From Candidatus Gottesmanbacteria bacterium (lineage in GTDB: Bacteria; Patescibacteriota; Microgenomatia; UBA10105; UBA927): a DNA stretch of 64,000 nt. Below, piece after piece: positions 48,235 through 56,943 of this stretch. The position numbers and the translations under genes are program-made. Where the stretch lies: positions 795,548 through 859,547 of the forward strand of contig OY969569.1 of assembly GCA_963701185.1 (NCBI GenBank). Reading direction: 5' to 3'. A model generated the notes under the pieces. The model was not told where the DNA came from, did not search any database, and saw only the letters and a program-made list of their open reading frames with translations. Each line of letters begins with the position of its first letter. The first letter of the stretch is position 1.

Positions 48235-49370
48235 ACCTACGTGATTACACAAGCGTTTTGGAACGAAGGAAAGCGATTGAGAAAGAACGGAACGTTGATC
48301 TTACGCATATCGGTGCCTTCACGCTGGATGAGACTGTTGCCGTCACACGAAACTGCGAAAACATGATTGGCGCAGTACAGATTCCGATGGGAATTGCCGG
48401 GCCGCTTCGCATTGCCAAAAAAGAATATTATCTGCCGCTTGCGACCACGGAAGGTGCGCTCGTGGCGTCCGTGAACCGCGGATGCAGGGCAATAACCGAA
48501 TCAGGAGGGGCATTTGTCCGAAGTAAACGCGTGGGTGCTACGCGCGGGCCTGTATTTCGTGTTGAGTCTATGCGGGACCAAGTAGTTTTCAGTGATTTTC
48601 TTAAAAAGAATTTTAAGGATTTGAAAAATATTGCTCAGTCAACATCAGGTCACATAACGCTTCTCAGTGCTCATTCACGGGCCGTTGGAAGATATCGCTA
48701 CGTACGTTTTGTTTTTGACACACAGGACGCCATGGGCATGAACATGGCAACAATCGCGGCGCAAAAACTTGTTGCGTTTATTGAATTAAAAACCACGGCC
48801 CGCTGCGTTTCCGTGGCAGGGAATTATGACATAGACAAAAAACCCGCCTGGGTGAATGTTATTGAAGGCCGCGGTACAAAAGCATGGGCGGAAGTGACAA
48901 TTTCCGACAGAATTTTAAGGAGAATATTGAAAACCACCGCGCAAAAAATATATGATGTGTGGCTTGCAAAATGTATGATCGGGTCTGCCATGAGCGGCTC
49001 GATGGGATTCAATGCTCAGTATGCAAATGTAATCGCTGCACTTTTTATTGCTACAGGCCAGGATCCCGCACATGTTGTTGAGGGAAGTTTGGGGATAACA
49101 ACGGTGGAGGTTATTGACGGAAAAAATCTATACATGAGCGTCTATCTTCCTGATTTGATGGTCGGGACTGTCGGAGGAGGAACCGGACTTGCGACACAAC
49201 GGGAAGCGCTATCGATGATTGGCGCAAAAACGAGTCAAGAGTTTTCGGAAATTATCGCCGGAGCAGTGCTGGCGGGGGAGATTTCGTTACTCGCATCATT
49301 AAGCGAAGGAACGTTAGCACGGGCACACCAAAAATTGGCGCGCGGAAAAGTATTAAGTACTAAATACTAA
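48231..49370 (+). CDS. hmgA: hydroxymethylglutaryl-CoA reductase (class I-like)
   Basis: 'DAMGMNMATIAAQK' is a class I signature. 'AGNYDIDKKPAWVNVIEGRGTKAWAEV' and 'IGTVGGGTGLATQ'. Confidence 0.8.
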   Translation: MNLRDYTSVLERRKAIEKERNVDLTHIGAFTLDETVAVTRNCENMIGAVQIPMGIAGPLRIAKKEYYLPLATTEGALVASVNRGCRAITESGGAFVRSKRVGATRGPVFRVESMRDQVVFSDFLKKNFKDLKNIAQSTSGHITLLSAHSRAVGRYRYVRFVFDTQDAMGMNMATIAAQKLVAFIELKTTARCVSVAGNYDIDKKPAWVNVIEGRGTKAWAEVTISDRILRRILKTTAQKIYDVWLAKCMIGSAMSGSMGFNAQYANVIAALFIATGQDPAHVVEGSLGITTVEVIDGKNLYMSVYLPDLMVGTVGGGTGLATQREALSMIGAKTSQEFSEIIAGAVLAGEISLLASLSEGTLARAHQKLARGKVLSTKY

Positions 49371-49405
49371 GTATTAATTAAAACTTAGCACTTAGAATTT
49401 AAACT

Positions 49406-50455
49406 ATGGTCGGCATTGTTAGTTACGGAACATACATACCGCAGTATCGGATTAAGCTGGCCGATATCGCCGCGGCGTGGAAAAAAGATCCGCAGGAAGT
49501 CGTCGGGTCGCTCGGGATTGAAGAGAAATCGGTTCCGGGGACTGATGAGGATGCCGTATCGATAGCGCTGGAAGCGGCATGGAATAGCCTGTCGGCATTC
49601 AACGGAAAACCGGCGGACATAGAAGCACTCTTCGTCGGGAGCGAAAGCCATCCGTATGCTGTGAACCCGACATCAACGATTGTCGGAGAGTTATTGGGAG
49701 CCGGACATAACTATTTGGCAGCGGATTTGGAATTTGCCTGCAAGGCCGCAACGGCGGGCGTGCAGGCGGCTGCCGGACTTATCAGCGCGGGACACGCGCG
49801 TTATGGTTTAGTCATCGGAGCGGATACTGCCCAAAGCAAGCCGCATGATGCCCTGGAGTATACCTCGGCGGCGGCAGGGGCCGCATATCTGCTGTCGGGA
49901 GAGAAGCAAGAGATTGTTGCTAAACTTCTGGCTTATACCTCGTATTCTTCCGATACGCCGGATTTCTGGAGACGGGACGGCATCCGGTATCCCTCCCACG
50001 CAGGGCGATTTACCGGCGAACCCGCATATTTTGCCCACGTACTTGGCGCGGCAGCCAGACTCTTTGCCCAGTGTCATATGAAACCGGAGGATTTTGATTA
50101 TTGCGTATTCCATATGCCCAACGGCAAGTTCCCGCGCGACGCGGCGCGCCGTCTGGGATTTAGTAAAGAGCAATTGTCAACGTCTCTTATCGTTGATTAT
50201 ATCGGCAATCCGTACTCCGCCTCTGCCATGCTCGGCCTTGCGGCGGTCCTGGATATTGCACGGCCGGGTGAAAAAATATGTATGGTGTCGTATGGCTCCG
50301 GCGCGGGCTCGGATGCGTTTGTATGGGAAACGACGCCGCTCTTGCCGCGCATGCAGAAGATCCGCGGAAAGCAGCAGAGCTTGGTAACCCAGCAGATAGT
50401 AAAAAAACAGTATGTGGATTACGTCGGCTATTTGAAGCAGACACACAAGATTTAA
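49406..50455 (+). CDS. hydroxymethylglutaryl-CoA synthase, archaeal-type (thiolase-fold condensing enzyme)
   Basis: 'MVGIVSYGTYIPQYRIKLADIAAAW', catalytic Cys context 'LEFACKAATAG'. About 350 aa. Co-located with a thiolase and a DUF35 protein, as in the archaeal HMGS/thiolase/DUF35 complex. Confidence 0.75.
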   Translation: MVGIVSYGTYIPQYRIKLADIAAAWKKDPQEVVGSLGIEEKSVPGTDEDAVSIALEAAWNSLSAFNGKPADIEALFVGSESHPYAVNPTSTIVGELLGAGHNYLAADLEFACKAATAGVQAAAGLISAGHARYGLVIGADTAQSKPHDALEYTSAAAGAAYLLSGEKQEIVAKLLAYTSYSSDTPDFWRRDGIRYPSHAGRFTGEPAYFAHVLGAAARLFAQCHMKPEDFDYCVFHMPNGKFPRDAARRLGFSKEQLSTSLIVDYIGNPYSASAMLGLAAVLDIARPGEKICMVSYGSGAGSDAFVWETTPLLPRMQKIRGKQQSLVTQQIVKKQYVDYVGYLKQTHKI

Positions 50456-50512
50456 TTTGAAAATTAAGAAAATAAAAATTGATTAAAAATTGAAAATTTT
50501 AAATTAAAAATT

Positions 50513-51658
50513 ATGAAAGTGTATATAACCGGCGCAGCAACGACAAAATTCGGTGAATTGTGGGCAACGTCCCCCAGGAGCCTTGCGCGCACGGCAGCGT
50601 TCGGCGCACTGAAAGACGCGGGGATTGGCGTCCGTCGCATCCAGGCGGTATTCGTCGGCAATATGTTGTCCGGCATCTTGGGCGGGCAGGAGCATTTGGG
50701 CGCATTTTTTGCGGAAGAATTAGGAATAAGCGTACCGGCATTTAAAATTGAAGGCGCGTGTGCATCCGGCGGTCTTGCGCTTCATAACGCAGTCAACAGT
50801 GTTTTGTCGGGTCAGTACGATACTGTGGTTGTTCTGGGTGTAGAGAAAATGACGGATCACAAGCCGGAAGATGTCGCCACAGCCCTCATGGGTGCGGGAT
50901 CGGAAGAAGAACGTGCGGCCGGTGCGACATTTCCGGGCTTGTACGCCATACTTGCGCGTGCCCATATGAGGGCATATGGGACGACACAGGAACAGCTCGC
51001 CGCAGTTGCCGTCAAAAATCACTATCATGCATCGCTCAACCCCAATGCGCAGTTTCATACCACACTTACGATTGAACAGGTTATACGAAGTTCGCGGATT
51101 GCCGACCCCTTACGGCTTTTGGATTGCTCGCCCATTTCAGACGGAGCTTCAGCACTTGTTATCACGAGTAAAAAATCAGGAGTTCAGATAGCCGCCTCGA
51201 CGGTCGCGACGGATACGTTGGGATTGGCACAGAGGAAAAGTCTTACAGAGCTGGCCGCGACGAAAGAGGCGGGTAAAAAGGCATATAAACATGCAGGCAT
51301 GACACCGAAGGATGTTGATGTTGCGGAGGTTCATGATTGTTTTACCATTGCCGAAATATTTGCGATGGAAGACCTCGGATTTTTTTCGAGGGGAAAGGCT
51401 GCTGTTGCAATTGCGGCCGGAGAAACAAGACTTGAAACATCACGCCATCTCGTCGTTAATCCTTCGGGCGGACTCAAAGGGTGCGGGCATCCGGTGGGGG
51501 CAACCGGCGTGAAGCAAATTGTGGAACTGGTCGATCAACTGCGCGGCCGCGCCACAGCGCGGCAGGTAAAAGGAGCAACAATTGGTTTAGCACATAATGT
51601 CGGCGGCAGCGGGGCAACAGCGGTTGTGCATATACTTAAAAAATTAATGTATGAATAG
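50513..51658 (+). CDS. acetyl-CoA C-acetyltransferase (archaeal-type thiolase)
   Basis: Active-site Cys 'IEGACASGGLALHNAV'. C-terminal 'GHPVGATGVKQIVELVDQLRG' and 'GLAHNVGGSGATAVVHIL'. Confidence 0.8.
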   Translation: MKVYITGAATTKFGELWATSPRSLARTAAFGALKDAGIGVRRIQAVFVGNMLSGILGGQEHLGAFFAEELGISVPAFKIEGACASGGLALHNAVNSVLSGQYDTVVVLGVEKMTDHKPEDVATALMGAGSEEERAAGATFPGLYAILARAHMRAYGTTQEQLAAVAVKNHYHASLNPNAQFHTTLTIEQVIRSSRIADPLRLLDCSPISDGASALVITSKKSGVQIAASTVATDTLGLAQRKSLTELAATKEAGKKAYKHAGMTPKDVDVAEVHDCFTIAEIFAMEDLGFFSRGKAAVAIAAGETRLETSRHLVVNPSGGLKGCGHPVGATGVKQIVELVDQLRGRATARQVKGATIGLAHNVGGSGATAVVHILKKLMYE

Positions 51659-51950
51659 TCCGGTTAAAATTTGGAGAAACCAAAAACATATAGCCAATCT
51701 GCTTGGCCGCGAGGGAACGATCGTTTCCTGGACCGTTGTCCGCGTGCCGCCCGCCGGATTTTCCAATCTTGCGCCGTATCCCGTCGTGGTTGTTGATCTT
51801 GCAGGAGGAGGGAGAATTACCGCTCAACTCGTGGATTGGAACGAAGCAGATCTCACAGAAGGACGACGGGTAAAAGTAGTCATCCGGCGCATCTGTGAAC
51901 CCACAACTGAGGGCATTATTCCGTATGGGATTAAGGTGAAACCCGTCTAG
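51651..51950 (+). CDS. DUF35 OB-fold protein (scaffold of the thiolase/HMGS complex)
   Basis: 99 aa. 'GTIVSWTVVRVPPAGFSNLAPYPVVVVDLAGGGRITAQLVD' is OB-fold DUF35-like. Overlaps the thiolase stop. Confidence 0.6.
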   Translation: MNSPVKIWRNQKHIANLLGREGTIVSWTVVRVPPAGFSNLAPYPVVVVDLAGGGRITAQLVDWNEADLTEGRRVKVVIRRICEPTTEGIIPYGIKVKPV

Positions 51951-51959
51951 GAATTCTAT

Positions 51960-52848
51960 ATGAAAATTTCAGTATCTGTTCCCGGGAAAATTATTCTGAT
52001 GGGTGATCATGCGGTCGTGCATGGAAAGCCTGGGCTTATTGCTGCAGTCAACCGCAGGCTTACCGTACAGGTTTCATGCAGGAAAAGGCACACACAAGGA
52101 ATATATCTCACACATTCTCGGGATTATACAAAATCATTTTCAGCTTTCGATACCGCCTGCATTTACGGATAACAATTACGTCAGATATCCCCGAGGGATA
52201 TCACTTGGGTTCATCTGCTGCGGTTGCAGTAGCAACTATTGGGGCCGCCATCGTATTTTTTGAAAAAAATATGGAATCCGACTGCTATAAATCAACTTGC
52301 GTATGAGGCGGAAAAAATACACACATAAGATCCGTCAGGAGGTGACAATACGGCGGTGACATTCGGAGGATTTATATGGTACAGAAAGGAACTGGAATTT
52401 TCAAAAGTATTTGGCAGTTGCCGCTGAAGTTTCCGCGGCGATTAATCATTTTTCTCTCATTGATACCGGTCGGCCCAAAGAGAAATACGGGAGAGATGGT
52501 TGCGTACGTTGAGGAAACTCAATACACAATACAATGCAAGAAGTTTTTGACACAAATGAAGTACAGACAAAAAGAATTGCGGTGGCATTAAAAGAGGGAG
52601 ATGAAAAGACATTTATTGATGCGATGCGAAAAGGCGAACGGACTCTGGAGGCAATCGGCGTAGTCAGTCCGAAAGTGATTCCCATAATCCGTGCGGTTGA
52701 GAAATCCGGTGGAGCAGCAAAAATATTAGGTGGCGGGGGACGCGCCAACGGCGTGGGGTATCTGTTATGTTATTCCCATAACCCTCCAGAAGGAGCAATG
52801 CCAATCACACTTGGTGAAGAAGGGGTTCGTTTGGAGAAAAAAATATGA
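51960..52848 (+). pseudogene. GHMP-kinase (mevalonate kinase-like) gene disrupted by several frameshifts and an in-frame TAA
   Basis: Conserved pieces lie in different frames. 'PGKIILMGDHAVVHG' is in frame 0. 'ITSDIPEGYHLGSSAAVAVA' is in frame 2. 'LAYEAEKIHT*DPSGGDNTAVTFGGFIWY' is in frame 0 with an in-frame TAA. 'LIDTGRPKEK' and the C-terminal 'ILGGGGRANGVGYLLCY' are in frame 1. The total span of about 890 nt equals one GHMP kinase. Confidence 0.6.
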
Positions 52849-54191
52849 GAACAAGCGCACCGGGAAAACTCATGTTGCTTGGCGAACATGCCGTCGTGTA
52901 CGGGTATCCGTGCATTGTGACGGCCATTTCCCAAAGGCTTTATGTGAAGGAAGGAAATTCCACCGGTGATACGCGATTTTTGGATGCAGCGATAAAATTA
53001 TGGGGAACTAGTAGCACAAAACTTTCTGCAGATTGTTTGTTTTCCGGAAAATATGGGTTCGGATCTTCTTCCGCGGTGACGGTTGCGGCACTCAAAGCTC
53101 TAAAACCCAATGCGCCTAATAAAGACATTTTTGATGCGGCATACAAGATCGTTCTGGATATTCAGGGTGCGGGATCAGGATTTGATGTTGCGGCGGCAAC
53201 TCACGGCGGGACGCTGTATTACGTAAAAAATAAAACAATTGAGCCTTTGGCAATCAGCGATATGCCGCTTATCGTTGGGTATACCGGTATAAAAAGCAGT
53301 ACGATTGATATCGTCAACACGGTAGCCGCCAAAAGGGATGCGTACCCGGAAAAAGTAGACAGGATTTTTCTCGGGATTGCCAAACTCGTGGATCAGGCGA
53401 AGGAAAAAATGCTTACAGGAGATTGGGAGCGTGTCGGCAGACTCATGGATTTTGACCAGGAGTATCTTCGCGATCTTGGGGTAAGTTCGGAGAAACTGGA
53501 GGCATTGATCAAGGCGGCCAAACGTGCAGGAGCTTGGGGCGCCAAGCTGTCTGGGGCGGGCGGCGGAGATTGTATGATTGCCATGGCGCCTCCTGACAGG
53601 CGGCAAGCAGTGGAAGACGCTATAGCGGACGCGGGCGGGGAGGTGGCGCGGGTCACGCCCGACGCAGAAGGGGTGAGGATCGAAACCACGGATAATCAGG
53701 ATGAACTTTTTATTGTTGTCGATCGCGATGATACCATTTTAGGATACAAAACCCGCTATGAATGTCATCATGATAAAACTCTTATACACCGGGTGGTAGG
53801 TGCTTTGATTTTTGATGAAGCCGGCAGAATCTTATTACAAAAGCGCAGTATGACAAAAGATATGGGGCCGGGATTGTGGGGAATATCAGCAGCGGGTCAC
53901 GTGACAAAGGGTCAAACGGATGAGGAAGCTGTGCACCGCGAGCTTCAGGAAGAGTTGGGGGTAGATATACCGTTAACATTCTGGAAAAAATTTATATCGG
54001 AAGAGCCGAGTGAAACAGAACGGGATATGATTTATAAAGGCATGTCAGACGGCCCGTTTCATCCGAACGCGGAAGAGGTCTCCGAGGTACGTTTTTTTGA
54101 AATCCGCGAACTCAAATTTCTGTGTGCAAGTCGGCATATCCGGCTGACTGCAGGAGCAGCAAGAACATTACGCGAGGTGGAAATTTTATGA
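52845..54191 (+). CDS. mevalonate kinase (GHMP kinase) fused to a C-terminal Nudix / IPP-isomerase-type-1-like domain
   Basis: N-terminus 'SAPGKLMLLGEHAVVYG', 'GFGSSSAVTVAALKAL', 'KLSGAGGGDCMIAM' is an intact GHMP kinase. C-terminal ~150 aa 'VVGALIFDEAGRILLQKRSMTKDMGPGLWGISAAGHVTKGQTDEEAVHRELQEELG' is an IDI-1/Nudix fold. Ala replaces the Cys of the canonical IDI 'CCGH' motif. Confidence 0.65.
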   Translation: MRTSAPGKLMLLGEHAVVYGYPCIVTAISQRLYVKEGNSTGDTRFLDAAIKLWGTSSTKLSADCLFSGKYGFGSSSAVTVAALKALKPNAPNKDIFDAAYKIVLDIQGAGSGFDVAAATHGGTLYYVKNKTIEPLAISDMPLIVGYTGIKSSTIDIVNTVAAKRDAYPEKVDRIFLGIAKLVDQAKEKMLTGDWERVGRLMDFDQEYLRDLGVSSEKLEALIKAAKRAGAWGAKLSGAGGGDCMIAMAPPDRRQAVEDAIADAGGEVARVTPDAEGVRIETTDNQDELFIVVDRDDTILGYKTRYECHHDKTLIHRVVGALIFDEAGRILLQKRSMTKDMGPGLWGISAAGHVTKGQTDEEAVHRELQEELGVDIPLTFWKKFISEEPSETERDMIYKGMSDGPFHPNAEEVSEVRFFEIRELKFLCASRHIRLTAGAARTLREVEIL

Positions 54192-55114
54192 AGAAAGCAA
54201 CCGCCATCGCGCCCGCAAACATCGCGTTTATCAAATTTTGGGGTAAAAAAGATGCGGCGTTGCGCCTGCCGTGCAATCCGTCGATTTCCATGAATTTATC
54301 ATCTTGTACGACGACGACGATAGTAGAATTCTCGCCTGATTTTGAAAAAGACACAGTGTCAGAAGGTTTCGACGAAAAAAGAATACTCGATCACGTTGAC
54401 CGTTTACGGAAAATCGCAGAATCGGAAGAAAAAGTAACGGTGATAACGGAAAATAATTTTCCGAAATCAGCGGGTATTGCCTCGTCCGCGTCGGGTTTTG
54501 CAGCGCTTACCGTGGCCGCCGCCGCCGCGTTGGGTTTAAAACTTTCGGAAAAGGAGTTGTCAAGTCTTGCCCGTTTGGGATCAGGATCCGCAAGCCGCAG
54601 TATTCCCGATGGTTTTGTAAAATGGGATGGCGAATTTGCCCGATCTCTCTACCCGCCGGACTGGTGGGACCTGCGGGATATTATCGTCATTGTACAAAGT
54701 CGGGTCAAGGATGTGCCCACATCGATCGGTCATGAAAACGTGCAAACAAGTCCGTTTTTCAAAAAAAGACTGGAAGCGTTGCCCCGTCGGATTACGCGAT
54801 TAGAAAAGGCACTGAAAGAAAAAAACCTTACGATGTTTGGAGAAATACTCGAAGAAGAGTGCCTGGATATGCATCATGTCATGCAGACACAGACGCCGCC
54901 GTTATTTTATTGGAACGATGATACAAAACGGGTAATGAAGAAATTGAAAATGAGCGGAATACCGGCCTATTTCACTATTGATGCCGGACCCAATGTACAC
55001 GTCATGTGTGAAGCAAAAGATGAAAGAAAAGTAACGCAACTTTTTAAAAATTGGAAAATGATCGTCAATAAACCGTCAGATGGCGCCCATATAGTCAATA
55101 CACACTTATTTTAG
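54188..55114 (+). CDS. mvaD: diphosphomevalonate (or phosphomevalonate) decarboxylase
   Basis: 'APANIAFIKFWGK', 'ITENNFPKSAGIASSASGFAALTVAAA', 'GSGSASRS'. ATGA overlap with the upstream gene. ORF trimmed to MKKATAIAP. Confidence 0.8.
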   Translation: MKKATAIAPANIAFIKFWGKKDAALRLPCNPSISMNLSSCTTTTIVEFSPDFEKDTVSEGFDEKRILDHVDRLRKIAESEEKVTVITENNFPKSAGIASSASGFAALTVAAAAALGLKLSEKELSSLARLGSGSASRSIPDGFVKWDGEFARSLYPPDWWDLRDIIVIVQSRVKDVPTSIGHENVQTSPFFKKRLEALPRRITRLEKALKEKNLTMFGEILEEECLDMHHVMQTQTPPLFYWNDDTKRVMKKLKMSGIPAYFTIDAGPNVHVMCEAKDERKVTQLFKNWKMIVNKPSDGAHIVNTHLF

Positions 55115-55139
55115 TATGGTAATATGCTAATATGCTAAT

Positions 55140-55820
55140 ATGACACAACAGCAAAATATACCGACACATATTGCCATCATCATGGACGGAAACCGGCGGT
55201 GGGCTGGTGAACATAAGCTTCCGATTTTGGAAGGGCATCGCAGGGTCGCCAATGTCGTCTTGGAACGCCTTGTTGAACATGCGGCAAAACGCGGGATTGC
55301 ATACATAACATTCTGGGCATTCTCGACGGAGAATTGGAATCGGGCAAAAGATGAAGTAAAAGGAATCATGCAGATTTTATCCCAGGGCATCGGATATTTC
55401 GGGAAGCGTATGTTTGAAAAAGGAGTGAAACTGCAGATGATCGGTGACCTGTCGCGTCTTGACCCGAAACTGCAAAAAAGTATTCTGCAGGTAGTAGAAA
55501 ACACAAAAGAAAATAAAAGAATTACATTGATTATCGCATTAAATTACGGAGGGCGGGACGAAATAATACGCGCAATGCAGAAAGTGAACGGGGAAATATC
55601 AGAAAAAGAATTTTCTCAACTTCTTGATACCGTTGGCATTCCCGATCCGGATTTACTCATACGGACGGGCGGGGAACAGCGGTTAAGCGGATTTTTACCG
55701 TGGCAAAGCGTCTACAGCGAACTGTATTTTCCGCCGTGGTACATGCCGGATTTTACCCCCCGTAGGTTGGACGAGGCGATTGAGGAATTTGCGCGCCGTC
55801 AGCGCCGGTTTGGTCGTTGA
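55140..55820 (+). CDS. uppS: isoprenyl transferase (undecaprenyl-diphosphate synthase family)
   Basis: 'HIAIIMDGNRRWA', 'GHRRG', 'ITFWAFSTENWNR', 'RTGGEQRLSGFLPWQSVYSELYF'. Confidence 0.85.
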   Translation: MTQQQNIPTHIAIIMDGNRRWAGEHKLPILEGHRRVANVVLERLVEHAAKRGIAYITFWAFSTENWNRAKDEVKGIMQILSQGIGYFGKRMFEKGVKLQMIGDLSRLDPKLQKSILQVVENTKENKRITLIIALNYGGRDEIIRAMQKVNGEISEKEFSQLLDTVGIPDPDLLIRTGGEQRLSGFLPWQSVYSELYFPPWYMPDFTPRRLDEAIEEFARRQRRFGR

Positions 55821-55823
55821 TGT

Positions 55824-55857
55824 GTCATCCTCGCGAAAGCGAGGATCTGCCTTTTTC
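55824..55857 (+). terminator. intrinsic terminator after uppS (hairpin variant of the repeat family)
   Basis: 'GTCATCCTCGCGAAAGCGAGGATCTGCCTTTTTCG'. Stem ATCCTCGC/GCGAGGAT, loop GAAA, followed by a T-run. Same architecture as the CCCGC/GCGGG repeat but with compensatory changes. Confidence 0.65.
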
Positions 55858-55863
55858 GAAAAA

Positions 55864-55900
55864 CAACACCAAAACCGATTCCCGCCTTCGCGGGAATGAC
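55864..55900. repeat. GC-rich hairpin repeat copy 4 (inverted orientation)
   Basis: The reverse complement is 'GTCATTCCCGCGAAGGCGGGAATCGGTTTTGGTGTTG', one mismatch from copy 1. Lies between convergent uppS and the pilin gene. Confidence 0.7.
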
Positions 55901-55911
55901 AAAATGAGAAA

Positions 55912-56253
55912 TTATTTAAAAACGCTGGTAATAGACTCAAGCCCGAAGATGGCGCCCACGAGCTGGACAATCCAGTATGCGGCAAATACGATAAAAAATC
56001 CCACAATTGCGTTCGTCAGACGGGATTTTCCCTGTTCCATTTTTTTTGCATCGCCCGCACTGGTGAGAAACGTGTAGCCTGCGGAAATAAGCATCAGCAG
56101 TAACCCCAGCCCCGCAAACGCCAGTACCAACGGAACCGCAGCAGAGAGAATGTTCCCGATGGTAGGATTGGATCCGTATAATGGCATATTGAGCGGTCCT
56201 TTAATAGAGCTTCCGTCAGGCAGTGTTAAATTTTGTGCTAAAAGAGTGTACAT
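55912..56253 (-). CDS. VirB2/TrbC-like T4SS pilin paralogue 7
   Basis: 'LLMLISAGYTFLTSAGDAKKMEQGKSRLTNAIVGFFIVFAAYWIVQL'. Confidence 0.6.
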   Translation of the reverse strand: MYTLLAQNLTLPDGSSIKGPLNMPLYGSNPTIGNILSAAVPLVLAFAGLGLLLMLISAGYTFLTSAGDAKKMEQGKSRLTNAIVGFFIVFAAYWIVQLVGAIFGLESITSVFK

Positions 56254-56258
56254 AAAAG

Positions 56259-56933
56259 TTATTGAAATCCAGGAATACCAAGAATACTTACTCCGATTAG
56301 CCGCAATATAAATATGGAAAAGATAATAATGAGCAGCCCCGTGATGGCGCTGGTGACCAATTCTTTACCGGCATTGAGCTGCTCCGGGTTTCCGGCGCTC
56401 ATGAGTATTTGGAACCCGCCGAAGAGAATGAGGAGGAAGGCGATCCCGCCGCCGATGCCGATGCCGATCCGAAGTATATCTCCGATAAATTTCTGCGGGT
56501 CAGTCTGGATGCACCCGATCGCCGTCCATGCCGCCGTCCCTTTCCCCATACACGTTTCGCACGCCGATTTTTTATCGCCCGCAAAATCGCATATTTTGTT
56601 TGATGTGGATGTTGTGTTACTCGCGATGCATTTTTGCGTTGTTGCACAAATACCGGCTGATACAGTCACGGAATTCCCGCTACAACAGGATTGGAGTAAC
56701 GTTTTGCACTGATTATCTTCGATACAAATTGATCCGCCAACGGTGCCGCATTTTTGCGTTGTTGCACAAATACCGGCTGATACAGTCACGGAATTCCCGC
56801 TACAACAGGATTGGAGTAACGTTTTGCACTGATTATCTTCGATACATGCTGCCGACGCAGGCGTATCCAACAAACCAAATAATGTTGTTATGAAAACGAA
56901 GAATAAGACGGTTAGAATAACCTTTTTGACCAT
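56259..56933 (-). CDS. pilin-like protein with an N-terminal tandem Cys-rich module (VirB2-like C-terminal domain; paralogue 8 / putative minor pilin or adhesin)
   Basis: Signal peptide, then two perfect copies of 'CIEDNQCKTLLQSCCSGNSVTVSAGICATTQKC', then a C-terminal 'LILFGGFQILMSAGNPEQLNAGKELVTSAITGLLIIIFSIFIL' pilin core. Confidence 0.55.
   Translation of the reverse strand: MVKKVILTVLFFVFITTLFGLLDTPASAACIEDNQCKTLLQSCCSGNSVTVSAGICATTQKCGTVGGSICIEDNQCKTLLQSCCSGNSVTVSAGICATTQKCIASNTTSTSNKICDFAGDKKSACETCMGKGTAAWTAIGCIQTDPQKFIGDILRIGIGIGGGIAFLLILFGGFQILMSAGNPEQLNAGKELVTSAITGLLIIIFSIFILRLIGVSILGIPGFQ
56629..56846. repeat. perfect 2 x 120-nt tandem repeat inside the Cys-rich pilin-like gene
   Basis: 98 nt at 56629..56726 are identical to 56749..56846. 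The two Cys-rich modules are therefore identical. Confidence 0.85.
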
Positions 56934-56943
56934 ATTACACTAA

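Noticed and set aside
50464-50676. Minus-strand ORF with 'FNLKFSIFNQ', resembling the repeat peptide in the O-antigen-ligase-like gene
   Set aside because: The resemblance comes from AT-rich 'TTGAAAATT'-type promoter/RBS sequence upstream of the thiolase gene. The rest of the ORF is antisense to the HMGS end and the thiolase start. Not a separate copy of the 48-nt repeat and not coding.
52003-52263. Frame-1 ORF inside the GHMP kinase region
   Set aside because: Non-protein-like composition. The conserved kinase motifs lie in other frames. Treated as a by-product of the frameshifted pseudogene.
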